A stretch of DNA of 64,000 nucleotides from a candidate division WWE3 bacterium RIFOXYC1_FULL_40_10 (GCA_001773215.1 MEWB01000001.1:614099-678098), one strand, 5' to 3'; positions 1-10,630 are shown, counted from the first letter of the stretch. The notes: generated by a model not told the origin, from the letters alone. Numbers and translations are program-made.

Positions 1-2468
1 TGAACCTTGAATTCTCTTCCGGACGAATCCAACACTTTGGTATTGGCTAACTTTGCCTCTTCACTAACACCTGTCTCAATCTCACCATGCTTATACTCTA
101 TTTTTTTGTTCTCCAATGAATTCTTTGATTTCACTCTCTTATCTGCATCTTGAACAACTGCAACGAGTCTATCTCCCATATTCGAATAGATCTGAGTAAT
201 TAATATACCAAATCTTTCGTGTCCTTCTTTTTTGTATTCCACCATAGGATCCTTTTGGGCATATCCTCTTAATCCTATCCCCTCTCTCACCTGATCCATA
301 TCAACTAAGTGTTCCATCCACAGAAAATCTATAACCGGCAAGCTGAGTTGGGAAACAATATTAAGCCAAATTTCCTGGCCAAATTCTTCTTCTCTTTTAT
401 CCCAGTCCTTTCTCCTAAAACTAGAGTTTTCCGCTAACTTATCCATTAACCATTGCTGATACTCAACAAAGCCTGATTCGAGCTCCAGTACTCTTCTTCT
501 CAACTTATAAACAACTTCTCGGTGTACGTTTATAACGTCATCCATTTCAACAAGCTGTTTACGTCTATCAAAGTTAAAACCTTCAACTCTCTTTTGAGCA
601 TTTTCAATTGATTTTGTAACTATTCCGGCTTCTAGAGGAATGCTTTCGTCAACCCCAAATCTATCCATAATCCCCTGCATTTTGTCACCGCCGAATATTC
701 GCATTAAATCATCTTGAAAGGATACAAAAAACCTTGAAGATCCCGGATCCCCTTGTCGTCCCGATCGTCCCCTAAGCTGATTATCTATTCTGCGCGATTC
801 GTGTCTCTCAGTTCCTATAACGTGCAACCCGCCTGAGTTTTTGACTGCCTCATAAAGTTTCGCGTCAAATGGATCGCCGCCTAAGATGATATCGACTCCC
901 CTACCGGCCATGTTTGTTGAAATCGTGACAGCTCCTTTTTTACCGGCTTGTGCAATAATCAAGGCTTCACGTTCGTGGTTTTTTGCATTCAAAATTTCAT
1001 GCGGAATGTTTTTACGAGTAAGAAAATTATGCAGTAACTCACTCTTTTCGACCGAAGTTGTACCAACCAAAACCGGTTGGCCATTCTTATGCCTCTCTGC
1101 AATCTCCTCCGCTACTGCCTTAAATTTTGCAGACTCGCTCTTGTAAACAAGATCATTATTATCTTTTCTTATTAACGGTTTGTGCGTAGGGATTTCTAAT
1201 ACATCAAGTTTATAAATCTTATAAAACTCTTCGGCCTCAGTTAGGGCAGTACCCGTCATGCCCGCAAGTTTTTTATACATTCTAAAATAATTTTGATATG
1301 AAATTTCAGCTAAGGTTTTGGACTCCTGCTGAATAGTAACACTCTCTTTTGCTTCAATTGCCTGGTGTAGGCCGTGAGAATATCTGTTGCTTGGGAGCAA
1401 TCTTCCGGTAAACTGGTCGACAATAATAACCTTATCGTCTTTAACAACATAGTCCCGATTTTTTTCGTACAAAGCATATGCAATAAGAGCTTGCTCTATT
1501 AGGTGAACCATTTCGAAGTCTTCTTCGTAAAGGTGTTCTATGCCCAGTAATCTCTCGACTCTTCTTATGCCTAAATCCGATAGAGTAGCTGTCCTAAATT
1601 TTTCATCTACATCATAATCCTGATCCTTAGCCAACGATCTTATAATTTTATCGGCTTCCAAATATCTGGATGCTGATCGAGAGTCAGCGGCCGAAATAAT
1701 CAAAGGAGTACGGGCTACGTCAATAAGTATGGAGTCGACTTCATCTACAATTGCGTAATTATGCTCCCCCCAAGTTCCAATAGGATTTGTTTGAACCATC
1801 TCGTTAATATTTCTCACCATATTATCCCTAAGGTAGTCAAAACCAAACTCGTGATTAGTTCCATAAGTGATATCAGCTTTGTAAGCCTCTGCTCGTGAAA
1901 CTTCGCGTAAGTGAATAGCATACATATCGTCAAACTCAGTTCCTGTATAGGAAGAATCGTAAATAAAAGCTCTGTCCTGCATTATTACACCCACAGTCAC
2001 TCCAAGCATTTCATATATCTTACCCATCCACCCTGCACCATGACGTGACAGATAATCGTTTGGAGTTACTAAGTGAACACCTAACCCTGCCAGTGAATTA
2101 AGATATAAGGGCAAAGTTGCTGCATTGGTTTTTCCCTCACCGGTTTTTAACTCAGCTATTTTCCCCTGGTGCAAAACCACACCTGCAATTAGTTGAACAT
2201 CATGTAAAACTTTTCCGTCATCAACCTGCCTGGTTACTTCTTTAACCAAAGCAAAGGCCTCGGCTAGAATACCGTTCAAATAGTCTTCTCGCCTATCCCT
2301 CTCGCTTATTTCAGCTAAAGCTTGTTTCCACACCAATGTTTTTGATTTAATCTCATCTGGTTGGATATCCTTAAGTTTTTCATATAAATCGTTTATTCTG
2401 TCAACCTGAGGTTTAAGCTTATTAATTTGGCGTCCATTGGAATCCAGTAATTTTCTGATAAAATCCAT
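1..2468 (-). CDS. secA: Preprotein translocase ATPase SecA (C-terminus runs off the window start)
   Basis: My translation of the minus strand gives MDFIRKLLDSNGRQINKLKP...KIAELKTGEGKTNAATLPLYLNSLAGLGVHLVTPNDYL..., the typical SecA N-terminus and Walker-A-like motif. It is absent from the ORF track only because it lacks a stop codon in the window. Confidence 0.85.
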   Translation of the reverse strand, partial: MDFIRKLLDSNGRQINKLKPQVDRINDLYEKLKDIQPDEIKSKTLVWKQALAEISERDRREDYLNGILAEAFALVKEVTRQVDDGKVLHDVQLIAGVVLHQGKIAELKTGEGKTNAATLPLYLNSLAGLGVHLVTPNDYLSRHGAGWMGKIYEMLGVTVGVIMQDRAFIYDSSYTGTEFDDMYAIHLREVSRAEAYKADITYGTNHEFGFDYLRDNMVRNINEMVQTNPIGTWGEHNYAIVDEVDSILIDVARTPLIISAADSRSASRYLEADKIIRSLAKDQDYDVDEKFRTATLSDLGIRRVERLLGIEHLYEEDFEMVHLIEQALIAYALYEKNRDYVVKDDKVIIVDQFTGRLLPSNRYSHGLHQAIEAKESVTIQQESKTLAEISYQNYFRMYKKLAGMTGTALTEAEEFYKIYKLDVLEIPTHKPLIRKDNNDLVYKSESAKFKAVAEEIAERHKNGQPVLVGTTSVEKSELLHNFLTRKNIPHEILNAKNHEREALIIAQAGKKGAVTISTNMAGRGVDIILGGDPFDAKLYEAVKNSGGLHVIGTERHESRRIDNQLRGRSGRQGDPGSSRFFVSFQDDLMRIFGGDKMQGIMDRFGVDESIPLEAGIVTKSIENAQKRVEGFNFDRRKQLVEMDDVINVHREVVYKLRRRVLELESGFVEYQQWLMDKLAENSSFRRKDWDKREEEFGQEIWLNIVSQLSLPVIDFLWMEHLVDMDQVREGIGLRGYAQKDPMVEYKKEGHERFGILITQIYSNMGDRLVAVVQDADKRVKSKNSLENKKIEYKHGEIETGVSEEAKLANTKVLDSSGREFKV

Positions 2469-2510
2469 AACTAACAGATTATAACACCCGCTCAAAGTGT
2501 CGAAAGGAGA

Positions 2511-2771
2511 ATGAACATGACTGGAAAAAAGATGTCCCTAGAAAACTTCTTGAATCAGCACCACTTGGTGACTGTTGAAATTAAAATGGAACCCGGCTAT
2601 GAAGTTGCTGTAATCACTTTTGAAAACCACAGGCGCCAGGAAACGGTACGAATATATTCATCCACCGAAGGAGAAAAATACTTTATATTCAAGGTAAACT
2701 CAAAACAAATTGGAAAGCCCCTGTTACCTAGACTCCATTGGGACGTGATAATTGTAGTTGTTGAAAAATAA
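2511..2771 (+). CDS. Hypothetical small protein (86 aa)
   Basis: ORF preceded by GGAGA RBS; no recognisable motif. Confidence 0.35.
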   Translation: MNMTGKKMSLENFLNQHHLVTVEIKMEPGYEVAVITFENHRRQETVRIYSSTEGEKYFIFKVNSKQIGKPLLPRLHWDVIIVVVEK

Positions 2772-2782
2772 GGGGCAATGCT

Positions 2783-3574
2783 TTACCAAAAGTAGATGCC
2801 CCTTAGTGTTGCCAGTAATATCAAAGCCAAGACTACTCTGTAAACTACAAACGCTTTTAACCCCATTTTGTTAATGTACTTAAGCAGAAAATTTATTGAC
2901 AAAACACCGGCTCCGAAGCTGGACAGCAACCCAATCAAAACTGTGGGCAGTGCAATTGAGGATAGATCAGAAAAAGAAGAAATTCCTTTATATAACCCGG
3001 CAACTATAACTATTGGGATTGATAGCAAAAACGAAATCCTTGCACTGAACTGCTTATCGTGACCTAAAAGCAAACCTCCTGAAATAGTTGCACCCGACCT
3101 TGAAATTCCTGGTAACAGAGCAAAAGCCTGAAACAAACCTATTAAAAAGGCATTTTTGAAAGTTAAACTAGTTGATACTATTTTGCGTTGATATAATTCT
3201 GCCAAATACATTAATAAACTACCAATGAGCAGGAACAAGGCTACAAATCCAACTCCCCTAAAAATCCCCTCGACATAATCACCCACTAACACTCCCAGTA
3301 TACCGGCGGGTATTGATCCCGCTAGTATCTGGTACCCTAACTTACGATTTCTGACTAGTATCTCTACCAGATCTTTCCAAAAGTAGGTGATTAGTGCCAA
3401 AGCACTCCCTAAATGCAAGGTAGTATCAAATACCAAGGGGTGTTCAGCCCACCCGAAAAACTTCGGAAACAAAATTAGGTGGGCAGTAGAAGATATTGGT
3501 AGAAACTCCGCGATCCCTTGAACAATGCCGAGTATTAAAGCCTGAAAGTTACTAGTCACTTCAATTTCTCCCAA
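2783..3574 (-). CDS. uppP: Undecaprenyl-diphosphatase (UppP/BacA)
   Basis: 263-aa polytopic membrane protein with the diagnostic EFLPISSTAHL motif. Confidence 0.85.
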   Translation of the reverse strand: MGEIEVTSNFQALILGIVQGIAEFLPISSTAHLILFPKFFGWAEHPLVFDTTLHLGSALALITYFWKDLVEILVRNRKLGYQILAGSIPAGILGVLVGDYVEGIFRGVGFVALFLLIGSLLMYLAELYQRKIVSTSLTFKNAFLIGLFQAFALLPGISRSGATISGGLLLGHDKQFSARISFLLSIPIVIVAGLYKGISSFSDLSSIALPTVLIGLLSSFGAGVLSINFLLKYINKMGLKAFVVYRVVLALILLATLRGIYFW

Positions 3575-4256
3575 AAACTAAAACATTATCAGAGTTAGTA
3601 TAACCGGCAACCACTAAACACTGAACGTTCGTCAGCAAGCCTGAAACATATTGTATGAAGTTATTAACTTCGTCCTGGTGGTGCTGAAGGTAAATTCTAT
3701 TAAATATCACTAGTCCCCCTTTTCTAACCAAGCTTTTTACAGCTGATATAAAATTACCTGACTTGCCTAAATCAGGGTAATTTTCTCCCACGTATATATC
3801 CACCATTAACACATCAAAAGACGCTGTAGAGATATCAAACTCCAGGGGATCTACAACTACTTTCATCGCATCGGCTACTATTAATCTGTGATTAGCAATT
3901 TTATCTGCGTCAAAGTATTTCTTAGCTATCTCAACCATAACAGGATCAAACTCAACACTCGTAAGTGCAACCTCTGGGAATTTCTTTGTTATTAAGTGAG
4001 ACAAGGTTCCTCCCCCAAAACCCAGCAACAGCATCCTTTTCATGTCTGGTTGATGCTCATTGAGTATTTCTAAAGTTTTTCCCCAATACAGCCTGCTACA
4101 TGCGGGTGAATCCCAGTTGAGTGATTGAACAAAATTGTTCACCATTATTTTACGAGTTTTGCCTACATGAAGGACTCTGATAGTACCGTTTAATGGGGAA
4201 TCAAATTCCTCTAATACCTTAGGAATTTGTAACTGGGCTACATCAAGAATGCTCAT
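3561..4256 (-). CDS. SAM-dependent methyltransferase-fold protein, spermidine-synthase-like
   Basis: LLLGFGGGTLSHLI glycine-rich motif plus acidic residue after beta-2. Overlaps uppP start by 14 nt, so it is operonic. Confidence 0.5.
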   Translation of the reverse strand: MSILDVAQLQIPKVLEEFDSPLNGTIRVLHVGKTRKIMVNNFVQSLNWDSPACSRLYWGKTLEILNEHQPDMKRMLLLGFGGGTLSHLITKKFPEVALTSVEFDPVMVEIAKKYFDADKIANHRLIVADAMKVVVDPLEFDISTASFDVLMVDIYVGENYPDLGKSGNFISAVKSLVRKGGLVIFNRIYLQHHQDEVNNFIQYVSGLLTNVQCLVVAGYTNSDNVLVFGRN

Positions 4257-4268
4257 ATGATTTTAATA

Positions 4269-5576
4269 TTACTTTATTATGTCAAATCCCGTGTATTGTC
4301 GCAAAACTTCCGGAACTACTATAGAGCCATCCTTCTGCTGATAGTTCTCAATTATGGCGATTAGTATTCGACCTATCGCAAAAGCAGTGGCGTCGTTCAT
4401 ATGAACAAACTTCAAATTACCTTTTAAATCTTTATAACGCGTGTTTAACCTTCGCGCCTGGTAATCGGTCATATAATCTGAAGTATGGGTTTCCCTATAC
4501 GTATTCTGTCCGGGCAACCAACAGTTGATATCAATTTGTTTATAATCAGGCTTGCCCATATCACCTGTACATAGGATCATCACCTGGTAAGGTATCTCAA
4601 GCTGCTGAACTAAATATTCCTGGATAGTCACAATTAGCTCTTGTTCCTTCACGCCATCTTCTTCCGTTGAAAATACTTCCATTTCCAGTTTATCGAATTG
4701 ATGAGTTCTGAACATACCACGCATATCTTTTCCATAGGTCCCGGCTTCGCGTCGAAATGCGGTTGAATACCCAATAAACCTCAAAGGTAAATCTGCCGCG
4801 GCCAAAGTCTCGTCCATAAACATAGGCCCAAGTGTATGTTCGGCACTTCCGATAAGCATTTGATCGTCCTGCTCCAAATAATATCTATCATCGATGGGAT
4901 CAAATCTATCCATCTTTTTTGCCACTTCCGCTTTTAGCAACACCGGAGGAACTACAGGGATAAAAGGTTTGTTATATTTGTTGCCTACTTTTGCTGCTAA
5001 TTCCGAAATAATCTTGCCATCTCCTAATGTTTTTAGCACATATTGGACTAGAGCGAACTGCAACAGCACTGCCGCACCTTTTAAATAGTAATGCCTGCTA
5101 CCTGTAACTTTCGACGCGGTTTCGACGTCGACAATTCCCAATGGAACTGCTATATCGACATGGTCTTTGACTTCAAAGTCAAACTTTTTTGGTTCGCCCC
5201 ATGTTCTTAATACCTGGTTTTCACTTTCATCTTTTCCAGCCGGGACATCATCCGCTATCACATTAGGTACTAAAAGCATCATTGAATCAAATACCTTTTT
5301 GGTTCCTTCTAAATCACTCTCAAATTGCTTTAATTTGTTTTTTATCTCTAAAGCTCGCTCAACATACTTTTGGCGGTCCTCCTGAGGAACTTTTCCTATA
5401 TCCTCTGATAATCTGTTTTTCTCGGCTCTTGCACCCTCGACAGAATATAAAATTGCCAAGTAGTTATTGTGTACATCTATTAGTTTATCTATATCGATTA
5501 GCTCCTCTTTTTTCTTAGCCTTTACCGCATATTTAACTTTTTCTATATTTTCTTTAATAAATTTTATGTCCAACAT
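4269..5576 (-). CDS. serS: Seryl-tRNA synthetase
   Basis: 435 aa with an N-terminal coiled-coil arm (MLDIKFIKENIEKV...) and a class II aaRS core with the conserved RxE motif. Confidence 0.9.
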   Translation of the reverse strand: MLDIKFIKENIEKVKYAVKAKKKEELIDIDKLIDVHNNYLAILYSVEGARAEKNRLSEDIGKVPQEDRQKYVERALEIKNKLKQFESDLEGTKKVFDSMMLLVPNVIADDVPAGKDESENQVLRTWGEPKKFDFEVKDHVDIAVPLGIVDVETASKVTGSRHYYLKGAAVLLQFALVQYVLKTLGDGKIISELAAKVGNKYNKPFIPVVPPVLLKAEVAKKMDRFDPIDDRYYLEQDDQMLIGSAEHTLGPMFMDETLAAADLPLRFIGYSTAFRREAGTYGKDMRGMFRTHQFDKLEMEVFSTEEDGVKEQELIVTIQEYLVQQLEIPYQVMILCTGDMGKPDYKQIDINCWLPGQNTYRETHTSDYMTDYQARRLNTRYKDLKGNLKFVHMNDATAFAIGRILIAIIENYQQKDGSIVVPEVLRQYTGFDIIK

Positions 5577-5736
5577 AAATACCTTTCATAGTAAGTATAT
5601 ACTTTTCGGGTATAAAAAATCCCCGACTTGTTTTCGTCAGGGCCTCACCGGCCTGCCATTTCTTCCCTTTTCGTCGCATTTTGGTTATAATACGTGCAAT
5701 TATTACCAAAAGCCTACCGAAAGTAAAGGAGATCAT

Positions 5737-6237
5737 ATGTATCAAACCTCGATTTTGGAACGTGAGCCTTATACGGCTCTGGTAGAAGTGATACCAAATT
5801 TAGGAGCTCATTTAGCTCATATCGACCTATCCGTCTTGCTCATTGAAATTGCCAAAAAGCCTTATCTCAAGCTTCAGGCTAAAATGAGCTTTAGTGATCC
5901 TAAGCATGGACCGCCTGAATACCACTCGTATATCCTTAAGCTTGAAGATCTTGAACTGGCCTGGCAGGCAACGGAAATGTTCAGACGAATTTTTGTGTTG
6001 CCCCACGGAGCTATTCAAGACATCAACGATCCTATCGAATGCCAGAACCCCTTCTTGGAGTGCGTTATAATGCTTTCCGAACCTCTCTTCATGAGAATCC
6101 ATGTTGCGTGTATTTTAGCTAGGAGGTTTCCGGGAGGCTTCTTGGGGGTATTAAATTCGAGAAAAGAAATTATGGATAGGCATCCAAACCTTAACTTTGC
6201 AAAACAAAGATTAAAAGAACTTGAAGTTGGCGCCTAA
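5737..6237 (+). CDS. Hypothetical protein (166 aa)
   Basis: In-frame ATG (MYQTSILEREPY...) preceded by AAAGGAGAT, so I prefer this start to the track's 5467 start that overlaps serS. Followed by an intrinsic terminator. GC is slightly elevated. Confidence 0.45.
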   Translation: MYQTSILEREPYTALVEVIPNLGAHLAHIDLSVLLIEIAKKPYLKLQAKMSFSDPKHGPPEYHSYILKLEDLELAWQATEMFRRIFVLPHGAIQDINDPIECQNPFLECVIMLSEPLFMRIHVACILARRFPGGFLGVLNSRKEIMDRHPNLNFAKQRLKELEVGA

Positions 6238-6247
6238 CTGTAATAGA

Positions 6248-6279
6248 CCGTGGGATTTTACAAACCCACGGTTTTTTTA
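6248..6279 (+). terminator. Rho-independent terminator (CCGTGGG...CCCACGG + T7)
   Basis: 7-bp GC stem followed by TTTTTTT directly after the 5737..6237 ORF. Confidence 0.6.
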
Positions 6280-6405
6280 TGTAAGCCTTGCAAATACAAT
6301 AAAGGATGATATTATTGCAACGATAACTGGTTGACACAAACCAAGTTTTTTGTTCTTATTGACCAACAAAAGTTGATTTGTTACAATCAACCGCGTTCTT
6401 TGTTG

Positions 6406-6621
6406 ATGCAAAATAAACAGGTAATAAATAAAGACGGAAAAATATTAGAAGCCTTAATGGGAGGGATGTTTAGGATAGAGCTCGACGACAGCAGTGTAGT
6501 CATAGCCTCAATATCCGGAAAGATGAGAAAGTCTCGTATCAGAGTTCTCCCTGGAGATAGAGTGAGAATGGAATTTTCACCTCACGACCTTTCTCGCGGC
6601 AGAATAGTTTATAGACTTTAA
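6406..6621 (+). CDS. infA: Translation initiation factor IF-1
   Basis: MQNKQVINKDGKILEALMGGMFRIELDDSSVVIASISGKMRKSRIRVLPGDRVRMEFSPHDLSRGRIVYR, an S1-like IF-1. The start is placed at the internal ATG. Confidence 0.85.
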   Translation: MQNKQVINKDGKILEALMGGMFRIELDDSSVVIASISGKMRKSRIRVLPGDRVRMEFSPHDLSRGRIVYRL

Positions 6622-6645
6622 TATTTTTCAAAATATAAAAAAGTA

Positions 6646-6762
6646 ATGAAAGTTAGATCTTCGGTAAAGACAATTTGCAGAGAATGCAAAGTTATAAGAA
6701 GAAAAGGCGTTGTTAGGGTGATTTGCAAGCGAAATCCCAAGCACAAGCAACGTCAAGGATAA
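6646..6762 (+). CDS. rpmJ: 50S ribosomal protein L36
   Basis: Translating the gap by hand gives [38 protein letters not shown] (38 aa, zinc-ribbon CxxC...C...H pattern). It is below the ORF-track size cutoff. Confidence 0.85.
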   Translation: MKVRSSVKTICRECKVIRRKGVVRVICKRNPKHKQRQG

Positions 6763-6763
6763 T

Positions 6764-7150
6764 ATGCCAAGAATAAAAGGTGTTGATATACCAAATGATA
6801 AGAGAATAGAAATCGCGCTTACATATATATACGGGGTCGGAAAAGCCTGGTCTACAAAAATACTTTCGACTAATGGAATTAACCCGGATACAAGAGCAAA
6901 AGATCTTACAGAAGAAGACATTGCCAAGATAAACAAATCTATCACCGAGTTTCAAATACTTACCGAAGGCGAATTAAGAAGACAAAAAAGCTCAAACATA
7001 AGACGCCTACAAGAGATTAAGTCATATAGAGGTTTAAGACATTCCAAAGGGTTACCAACCAGAGGCCAAAGAACAAGAAGTAATTCTCGAACAAGAAAAG
7101 GCAAAAGAAAAACCGTAGGAGGAATGAAAAAGAAATTAGCTAAGAAATAA
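6764..7150 (+). CDS. rpsM: 30S ribosomal protein S13
   Basis: [26 protein letters not shown]... is the S13 signature. Confidence 0.9.
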   Translation: MPRIKGVDIPNDKRIEIALTYIYGVGKAWSTKILSTNGINPDTRAKDLTEEDIAKINKSITEFQILTEGELRRQKSSNIRRLQEIKSYRGLRHSKGLPTRGQRTRSNSRTRKGKRKTVGGMKKKLAKK

Positions 7151-7151
7151 T

Positions 7152-7526
7152 ATGGCAAGAAAAAAGAAGGAAAAAACAATACCATCAAGCGGAAAAGTAT
7201 TTATCACCGCCACAATGAATAACACAATCATTACTATCACCGACAGTGATGGAAATACCTTATTCACAGGAAGTTCCGGAAACGCCGGATTTAAGGGGTC
7301 AAGAAAATCCACCCCATACGCCGCTACAAAAGCTACCGAAACAGTAGCTCAAAAAGCTGCTTCAGCAGGTTTAAGAGAAGTATCCGTTATAGTGAAAGGA
7401 CCTGGAATGGGCCGTATTTCCTCAATTAAGGCACTAAAAACAGCAGGGCTTAACGTTGTAGCAATTTCAGACATGACTCCTATGCCCCACAACGGATGTC
7501 GCCCAAAGAAAAAGAGGAGAGTTTAA
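7152..7526 (+). CDS. rpsK: 30S ribosomal protein S11
   Basis: ...[15 protein letters not shown]...VKGPGMGR... is the S11 signature. Confidence 0.9.
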   Translation: MARKKKEKTIPSSGKVFITATMNNTIITITDSDGNTLFTGSSGNAGFKGSRKSTPYAATKATETVAQKAASAGLREVSVIVKGPGMGRISSIKALKTAGLNVVAISDMTPMPHNGCRPKKKRRV

Positions 7527-7530
7527 TAAT

Positions 7531-8133
7531 ATGGCAAGATACCACGGACCAAAATGCAGGCTATGTAGACGAGAAGGGATTAAACTCAATCTTAAAGGAA
7601 CCAGATGTGATGGAGAAAAATGTACTATGAATAAGAGGACACAAGCTCCGGGACAGCATGGCACATCAAGAAGGGCACTATCTAACTTTGGTAAACAACT
7701 AAGAGAAAAACAAAAAGCGAAAAGAATATACGGAATTCTCGAAAGACAATTTAAAAACTATGTTAATGAAGCAATGAAAGAAAAAGGCATTACCGGGGAA
7801 AACCTCTACAGGAAACTTGAATCAAGGATGGATAATATGGTATACAGAAGCGGGTTCGCAGTATCAAGAGCACAAGCTCGACAATTAGTGAGAAGAGGAC
7901 TATTTGAAGTAAACGGTAAAAAAGCAACGATTCCTGCGAGAACATTAAGAATTGGGGATACAATTAAACCGGTGGATTTTCAAAAAATTCATGCAAGAGA
8001 GGGTTTTGTTTTACCCGATTGGCTTCAAGCTAATGTAAAGGAAAAAACTGTAAAGTATGTAGTTCTTCCCTCTATGGATGAATTACAAGAAAGGTTTGAT
8101 ATTCAGGCTATAATTGAATCGTATTCTAGATAA
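7531..8133 (+). CDS. rpsD: 30S ribosomal protein S4
   Basis: MARYHGPKCRLCRREG... N-terminal zinc-finger-like region plus S4 domain. Confidence 0.9.
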   Translation: MARYHGPKCRLCRREGIKLNLKGTRCDGEKCTMNKRTQAPGQHGTSRRALSNFGKQLREKQKAKRIYGILERQFKNYVNEAMKEKGITGENLYRKLESRMDNMVYRSGFAVSRAQARQLVRRGLFEVNGKKATIPARTLRIGDTIKPVDFQKIHAREGFVLPDWLQANVKEKTVKYVVLPSMDELQERFDIQAIIESYSR

Positions 8134-8154
8134 TTTTTAGGAGGTATTTTTTAA

Positions 8155-9090
8155 ATGACAACAAACGTATCGATAGAAAATTTAAAAGTTAAGGCACGAG
8201 AAGAAGGAAAGAATAAAGGCGTATTTGAATTTGAACCTTTACCTACCGGGTATGGCTATACCATAGGTAATGCCCTAAGAAGAGTTCTGTTAACATCCAT
8301 TAAAGGAGCAGCAATAACCCAGATAAAAGTAGCGGGGGCTAATCACCAATTCTCTACACTAGCCGGGGTTAAGGAAGATTTGGTAGAAGTAACGATGAAT
8401 CTAAAACAGGTAAGACTACAGTTGCATGGTGAGAATCCTGTTGTAGTTTCGTTAAAGAAAAAGGGACCTGGAAAAGTGACTGCAGGGGACATTGAAGAAA
8501 CTTCGGACCTTAAAGTAATGAATAAGGAACAACATATAGCTACCTTAGCTGATTCCAAGACACAGTTTGATATAGAGCTCGTAGTGGAACCAGGTGTTGG
8601 CTATTCTCCGATGGAAGAAAGACAAACTTCAAAGGTAGGTGTTATCGTAATTGACGCATTATTCTCTCCGGTATTGTTAGCCAAATTTGAAGTGGAACCT
8701 ACTCGATTTGCAGATAGAACCGACTTAGATAAAGTTGTGTTGGAGGTTGAGACAGACGGTAGCATCTCTCCGAAAGAATCCATCAAGGCTGCTGCAGGAG
8801 TACTTAAAAAATATTATCAAGCTGTATCACAATGGGTTAATCTCGAAGATATAGAGGAAGAGAAAGAAGAGGAGCTATCCGAACTTCCCGCAAAGTCAAA
8901 CGAGGAAGACATTGCAATAGAGGAGCTACCCTTACAAACAAGAACCATTAACTCTTTAAAGAAAAGCAAAATCACCACGTTGGCCCAACTTGGAAAAATG
9001 TCCGACGAAGAAATTGCTGATGTTAAAAACTTAGGAGAAAAGTCTCTGTCTGAAATCAAAGATCTACTCCAAAAAGAAGGTTATCGATAA
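8155..9090 (+). CDS. rpoA: DNA-directed RNA polymerase subunit alpha
   Basis: 311 aa with NTD motifs (GNALRRVLL) and a CTD helix-hairpin-helix; canonical position after rpsD. Confidence 0.9.
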   Translation: MTTNVSIENLKVKAREEGKNKGVFEFEPLPTGYGYTIGNALRRVLLTSIKGAAITQIKVAGANHQFSTLAGVKEDLVEVTMNLKQVRLQLHGENPVVVSLKKKGPGKVTAGDIEETSDLKVMNKEQHIATLADSKTQFDIELVVEPGVGYSPMEERQTSKVGVIVIDALFSPVLLAKFEVEPTRFADRTDLDKVVLEVETDGSISPKESIKAAAGVLKKYYQAVSQWVNLEDIEEEKEEELSELPAKSNEEDIAIEELPLQTRTINSLKKSKITTLAQLGKMSDEEIADVKNLGEKSLSEIKDLLQKEGYR

Positions 9091-9491
9091 TGAGACATAG
9101 AATCGTAGGTAAAAAGCTCGGTAGAGATGATGATCACAGAAAGGCCCTGTTGAGAAACTTAGCCGGACAGGTGATTGATAAAGAGGAAGCCGAAACTACC
9201 TTGGCAAAAGCCAAGTACTTAAGGCCTTATCTCGAAAGGCTCATTACACGAGCAATAAAAGCCTCAAAAGCTGATGACAGCGTGGTTAAATATAATGCAG
9301 TTAAATACCTAAAAGGGAAGATTTATCCTCAGGATTCTGTAAAGAAACTGTTTGACAGTATATTGCCAAGGTTTATGAATGTACCAGGAGGATACACTAA
9401 AGTTACAAGAACCCGAAACAGAGACGGCGATGGAGCCCTGATGGCTAGAATCGAATTTTCAAAGGAAGCCGGCAAAAAATCGGCAAAATAA
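9090..9491 (+). CDS. rplQ: 50S ribosomal protein L17
   Basis: MRHRIVGKKLGRDDDHRKALLRNL... is the L17 signature; overlaps the rpoA stop. Confidence 0.9.
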   Translation: MRHRIVGKKLGRDDDHRKALLRNLAGQVIDKEEAETTLAKAKYLRPYLERLITRAIKASKADDSVVKYNAVKYLKGKIYPQDSVKKLFDSILPRFMNVPGGYTKVTRTRNRDGDGALMARIEFSKEAGKKSAK

Positions 9492-9496
9492 CCAGT

Positions 9497-9919
9497 ATGA
9501 AAGGTAATACGTACGCACCAAATCAAGATAATATAAAGAAAGAATGGCACTTCATAGATGCCACCGATCAAACTTTGGGGCGCTTGGCTTCTAAGGTTGC
9601 GCACATAATCATCGGCAAAAATAAGGTGGAGTACTCACCTAATTCGTTGGTAAATGACTCTGTTGTAGTCACAAACACATCAAAGATAGTAGTAACAGGG
9701 AAAAAGGATACCGACAAAATATACATTAAGCATACAGGGTTCCCAAAGGGACTTAGAGAAATAACATATTCAAAAATGAAAGAAAAGGATCCCACGAAAG
9801 CACTAAGATTAGCAGTGTACGGAATGCTTCCTCATAACAAATTAAGAGCTAAGAGGATAAAGTGTCTACATATTTACTCCGGGGAAGATCACCCACACAA
9901 AGCCCAGATAGCAAAGTAA
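9497..9919 (+). CDS. rplM: 50S ribosomal protein L13
   Basis: WHFIDATDQTLGRLAS... is L13. Confidence 0.9.
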   Translation: MKGNTYAPNQDNIKKEWHFIDATDQTLGRLASKVAHIIIGKNKVEYSPNSLVNDSVVVTNTSKIVVTGKKDTDKIYIKHTGFPKGLREITYSKMKEKDPTKALRLAVYGMLPHNKLRAKRIKCLHIYSGEDHPHKAQIAK

Positions 9920-9923
9920 TTTT

Positions 9924-10355
9924 ATGGCAAAAGAAACAAAAACAGAAACTAAAATTAAAAAGGATTTTATTTCGGGCACCGGAAGAAGAAAAACCGCAGT
10001 AGCCAGTGTCTTTATTTGGAAGGAAAAGGGCGAAATCCTAGTGAATAATACACCTATAGAAACTTACTTCCCAACTGAAAAAGATCAAATAAAGTGGCTC
10101 AAACCTTTCCATCTAATTGGTGTATCCCACCCAAAATCAAAATTTGATATACACATTCAGGTTAGCGGATCGGGAAAAAGTTCACAACTAGATGCAGTGA
10201 TTCATGGGATATCCCGGGCACTTGCAACAATGGAAGAAGAGTATCACTTATTACTTAGTCAAAACGGCATGTTATCCAGAGATCCGCGTATGGTGGAAAG
10301 AAAAAAGCCTTATCTTCACAAGGCTCGAAAAGCCCAACAATACTCAAAGAGATAA
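9924..10355 (+). CDS. rpsI: 30S ribosomal protein S9
   Basis: ...GTGRRKTAVASV... with a C-terminal ...RKKPYLHKARKAQQYSKR tail, typical of S9. Confidence 0.9.
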   Translation: MAKETKTETKIKKDFISGTGRRKTAVASVFIWKEKGEILVNNTPIETYFPTEKDQIKWLKPFHLIGVSHPKSKFDIHIQVSGSGKSSQLDAVIHGISRALATMEEEYHLLLSQNGMLSRDPRMVERKKPYLHKARKAQQYSKR

Positions 10356-10357
10356 TA

Positions 10358-10630
10358 TTAAAAGGTTATACTTTCCTCAAGAACAGTTCTCAGTTCTGTT
10401 AAAAGGTTTTCAAGCTTATTCTTTGTATCTACTCTTATCAGTGGAGTCGAATAGGTGTCGGAAATATCCTCCAATACTCTTAAGGGAGGCTCACTAACAC
10501 CTGTTTCGTATGAAGATATCGCCTTACCTGATAATCCTATTTTTTTTCCAAATGAAGCCTGGGAAATATTTAGCTTTAGTCTTAAACCACGAATTTTAGT
10601 ACCTATTATTGAACTTTTATTATTTTCCAT
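10358..10630 (-). CDS. XRE-family helix-turn-helix transcriptional regulator
   Basis: MENNKSSIIGTKIRGLRLKLNISQASFGKKIGLSGKAISSYETGVSEP is a classic HTH_XRE. Start set at the internal ATG. Confidence 0.6.
   Translation of the reverse strand: MENNKSSIIGTKIRGLRLKLNISQASFGKKIGLSGKAISSYETGVSEPPLRVLEDISDTYSTPLIRVDTKNKLENLLTELRTVLEESITF

Noticed and set aside
886-1146. 86-aa plus-strand ORF
   Set aside because: It lies antisense inside the clearly coding secA gene, so it is spurious.
5467-6237. Track ORF with a 90-aa low-complexity N-terminal extension overlapping the serS 5' end
   Set aside because: The extension is serine-rich and low-complexity, and overlaps serS on the other strand. An internal ATG at 5737 has a strong AAAGGAG SD and sits in the divergent intergenic region, so the gene was shortened to 5737..6237.
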